Shown piece by piece: positions 62,801 to 64,000 of a stretch of 64,000 nt of DNA. How positions within the stretch are numbered: position 1 is the stretch's first letter; every line of letters starts with the position of its first letter. Location: the NCBI GenBank assembly GCA_964187785.1, contig OZ076409.1, positions 78,246,001 through 78,310,000 on the forward strand. Reading direction: 5' to 3'. Source of the stretch: Amphiscolops sp. MND2022. Lineage: Eukaryota. Under the pieces are notes generated by a model, which saw nothing but the letters and a program-made list of their open reading frames with translations, made no database searches and was not told where the DNA came from. Position numbers and translations under genes: made by a program.

Positions 62801-64000
62801 TCTGTGTTTTAAATTTACCCACCTTCACCATTTTAGCCGATCATTTTTTAAAATGTTCAAAACACTCCCCACCTCAAAATGAATATAAAACTTTAACTGT
62901 TGCCAATAAATCTGAAGTACCTATTCTCCATAATCTTATACTTACACTTCATACCTCCCTCCAAGGAAATACTCGTACCCTTGTTATCCCTTTTGCAGTT
63001 GCAAATATTAAATATAATATTCTTGGAACTCCCTTCTTTGAAAAATATGTTAAAACCCTCAATATTGAAAGCATGTCATTAACATTCAATACCCCACATG
63101 AATCTCGTATCAATACTCTCCCTTTCACGGCTCATAAAGAAAAGGATTATCCATATTTTTCTTACATATACACCATCAATGTTAAAAATAAAGTTTATTT
63201 TAAACCAAATGCTTCTCAAATTATTCATTTTCCAATTCAACCAACACTTCCTTTAACATTTAAAACTTCCGATAAAGAAGTTATATTTCCTTCCACACCC
63301 CATCCATTTTTTAAAACACGCTTCAACTCCACCTTTAATTTCCTCCAAGTATATCAAAATACTAATACCGAACCTTCCAGTTGTTCTGTGATTATTCAAA
63401 ATATCACACATCATTCTGCCATTCTTGCCCCTGGATCTATTGGATACATTGAAGTTCCAGCCACTAATATTCAACCAACTCATTACAAAGTTAATGATGT
63501 TAACTCTTTAATACACACTGTATTTCATAAATATTATCCTGATCTTTCTGAACCAAAACCTCCTCGCCGACGTTCTTCTCTTCGAAACCCTCAAATTGAA
63601 ATAAACAATTTGCAACCTTCTCAAATTTTAACCCGATCTCTTCCACCATTACCATATTCACCAGACACTCAACAATTCCTTCATAAATTTAAATTCCAAT
63701 ACTCTGATGTAACTGATGAAGAATATTTACAACTTTGCTCCATTCTTGTTAAATATCGATCATGCTACGCTACACATAAAAATGATGTTGGCCAGATAGC
63801 TACTCCTTTTAGAATTCGTCTTAAACCTAATGCTAAACTTCAAACTCAAAGACCTACCAAAGTTTCTATTCACTATAGAGAAAAATTAAAAACACTCCTT
63901 GATGAATTAGAAAAACACAATATTATTCGTCAAATTGGTTCCACTCATTCTGACAAATCCATCTATGGTACTACATTTTTAAACCCCCTTATTATTATCC
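59895..64000 (+). pseudogene. gag-pol polyprotein (frame breaks and a stop in gag); capsid, knuckle, protease, start of RT
   Basis: IKLFDG..PEKFL capsid (~61290); CSFCHKNNHSVSTC (~61987); LLDSGAS (~62780); HKNDVG..RIRLKP and FLNPLIII at the RT start. Confidence 0.88.

Larger units (their letters stand above)
58455..64000 (+). mobile_element. 5' part of a G-poor Ty3/Gypsy element (putative LTR ~58455-58819, PBS-like TGGTGCGACC at 58820), runs off the window
   Basis: TG start, AATAAA at 58761, TGG motif, long leader, then gag-pol. The second LTR is not in the window, so the boundaries are tentative. Confidence 0.8.

Overview
TE-rich eukaryotic (metazoan-looking) DNA, not prokaryotic. One host gene: a 7-exon ABHD13-like alpha/beta hydrolase on + (about 9124-40378). 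Its introns hold a hAT DNA transposon (9331-13351), several Helentron-type non-autonomous elements, and a 16.3-kb Ty3/Gypsy LTR retrotransposon (22875-39197, TSD TATAC). That element is the most unusual object here. It has ~1.9-kb LTRs containing the first ~190 codons of gag, a -1 gag/pol slippery site and a decayed pol. It also carries an intact 5-exon ANTISENSE gene (1276 aa, zinc finger plus an apparently catalytically dead hAT-transposase-like body) and a divergent sense ORF that runs into the 3' LTR, where no polypurine tract is visible. A deleted relative of this element lies at <1-7791 and a degenerate LTR of the lineage near 56.1-56.9 kb. The hAT contains a tandem array whose unit fuses the transposase C-terminus to a captured copy of the end of ABHD13 exon 3 with its splice donor. 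Downstream are a decayed Mag-like Gypsy element (44089-49296), a small hAT derivative, and the 5' part of a G-poor Gypsy element. The leader of that last element has five covarying RNA three-way-junction repeats and three short hydrophobic ORFs. All calls are by-eye readings; no searches or alignments were run.
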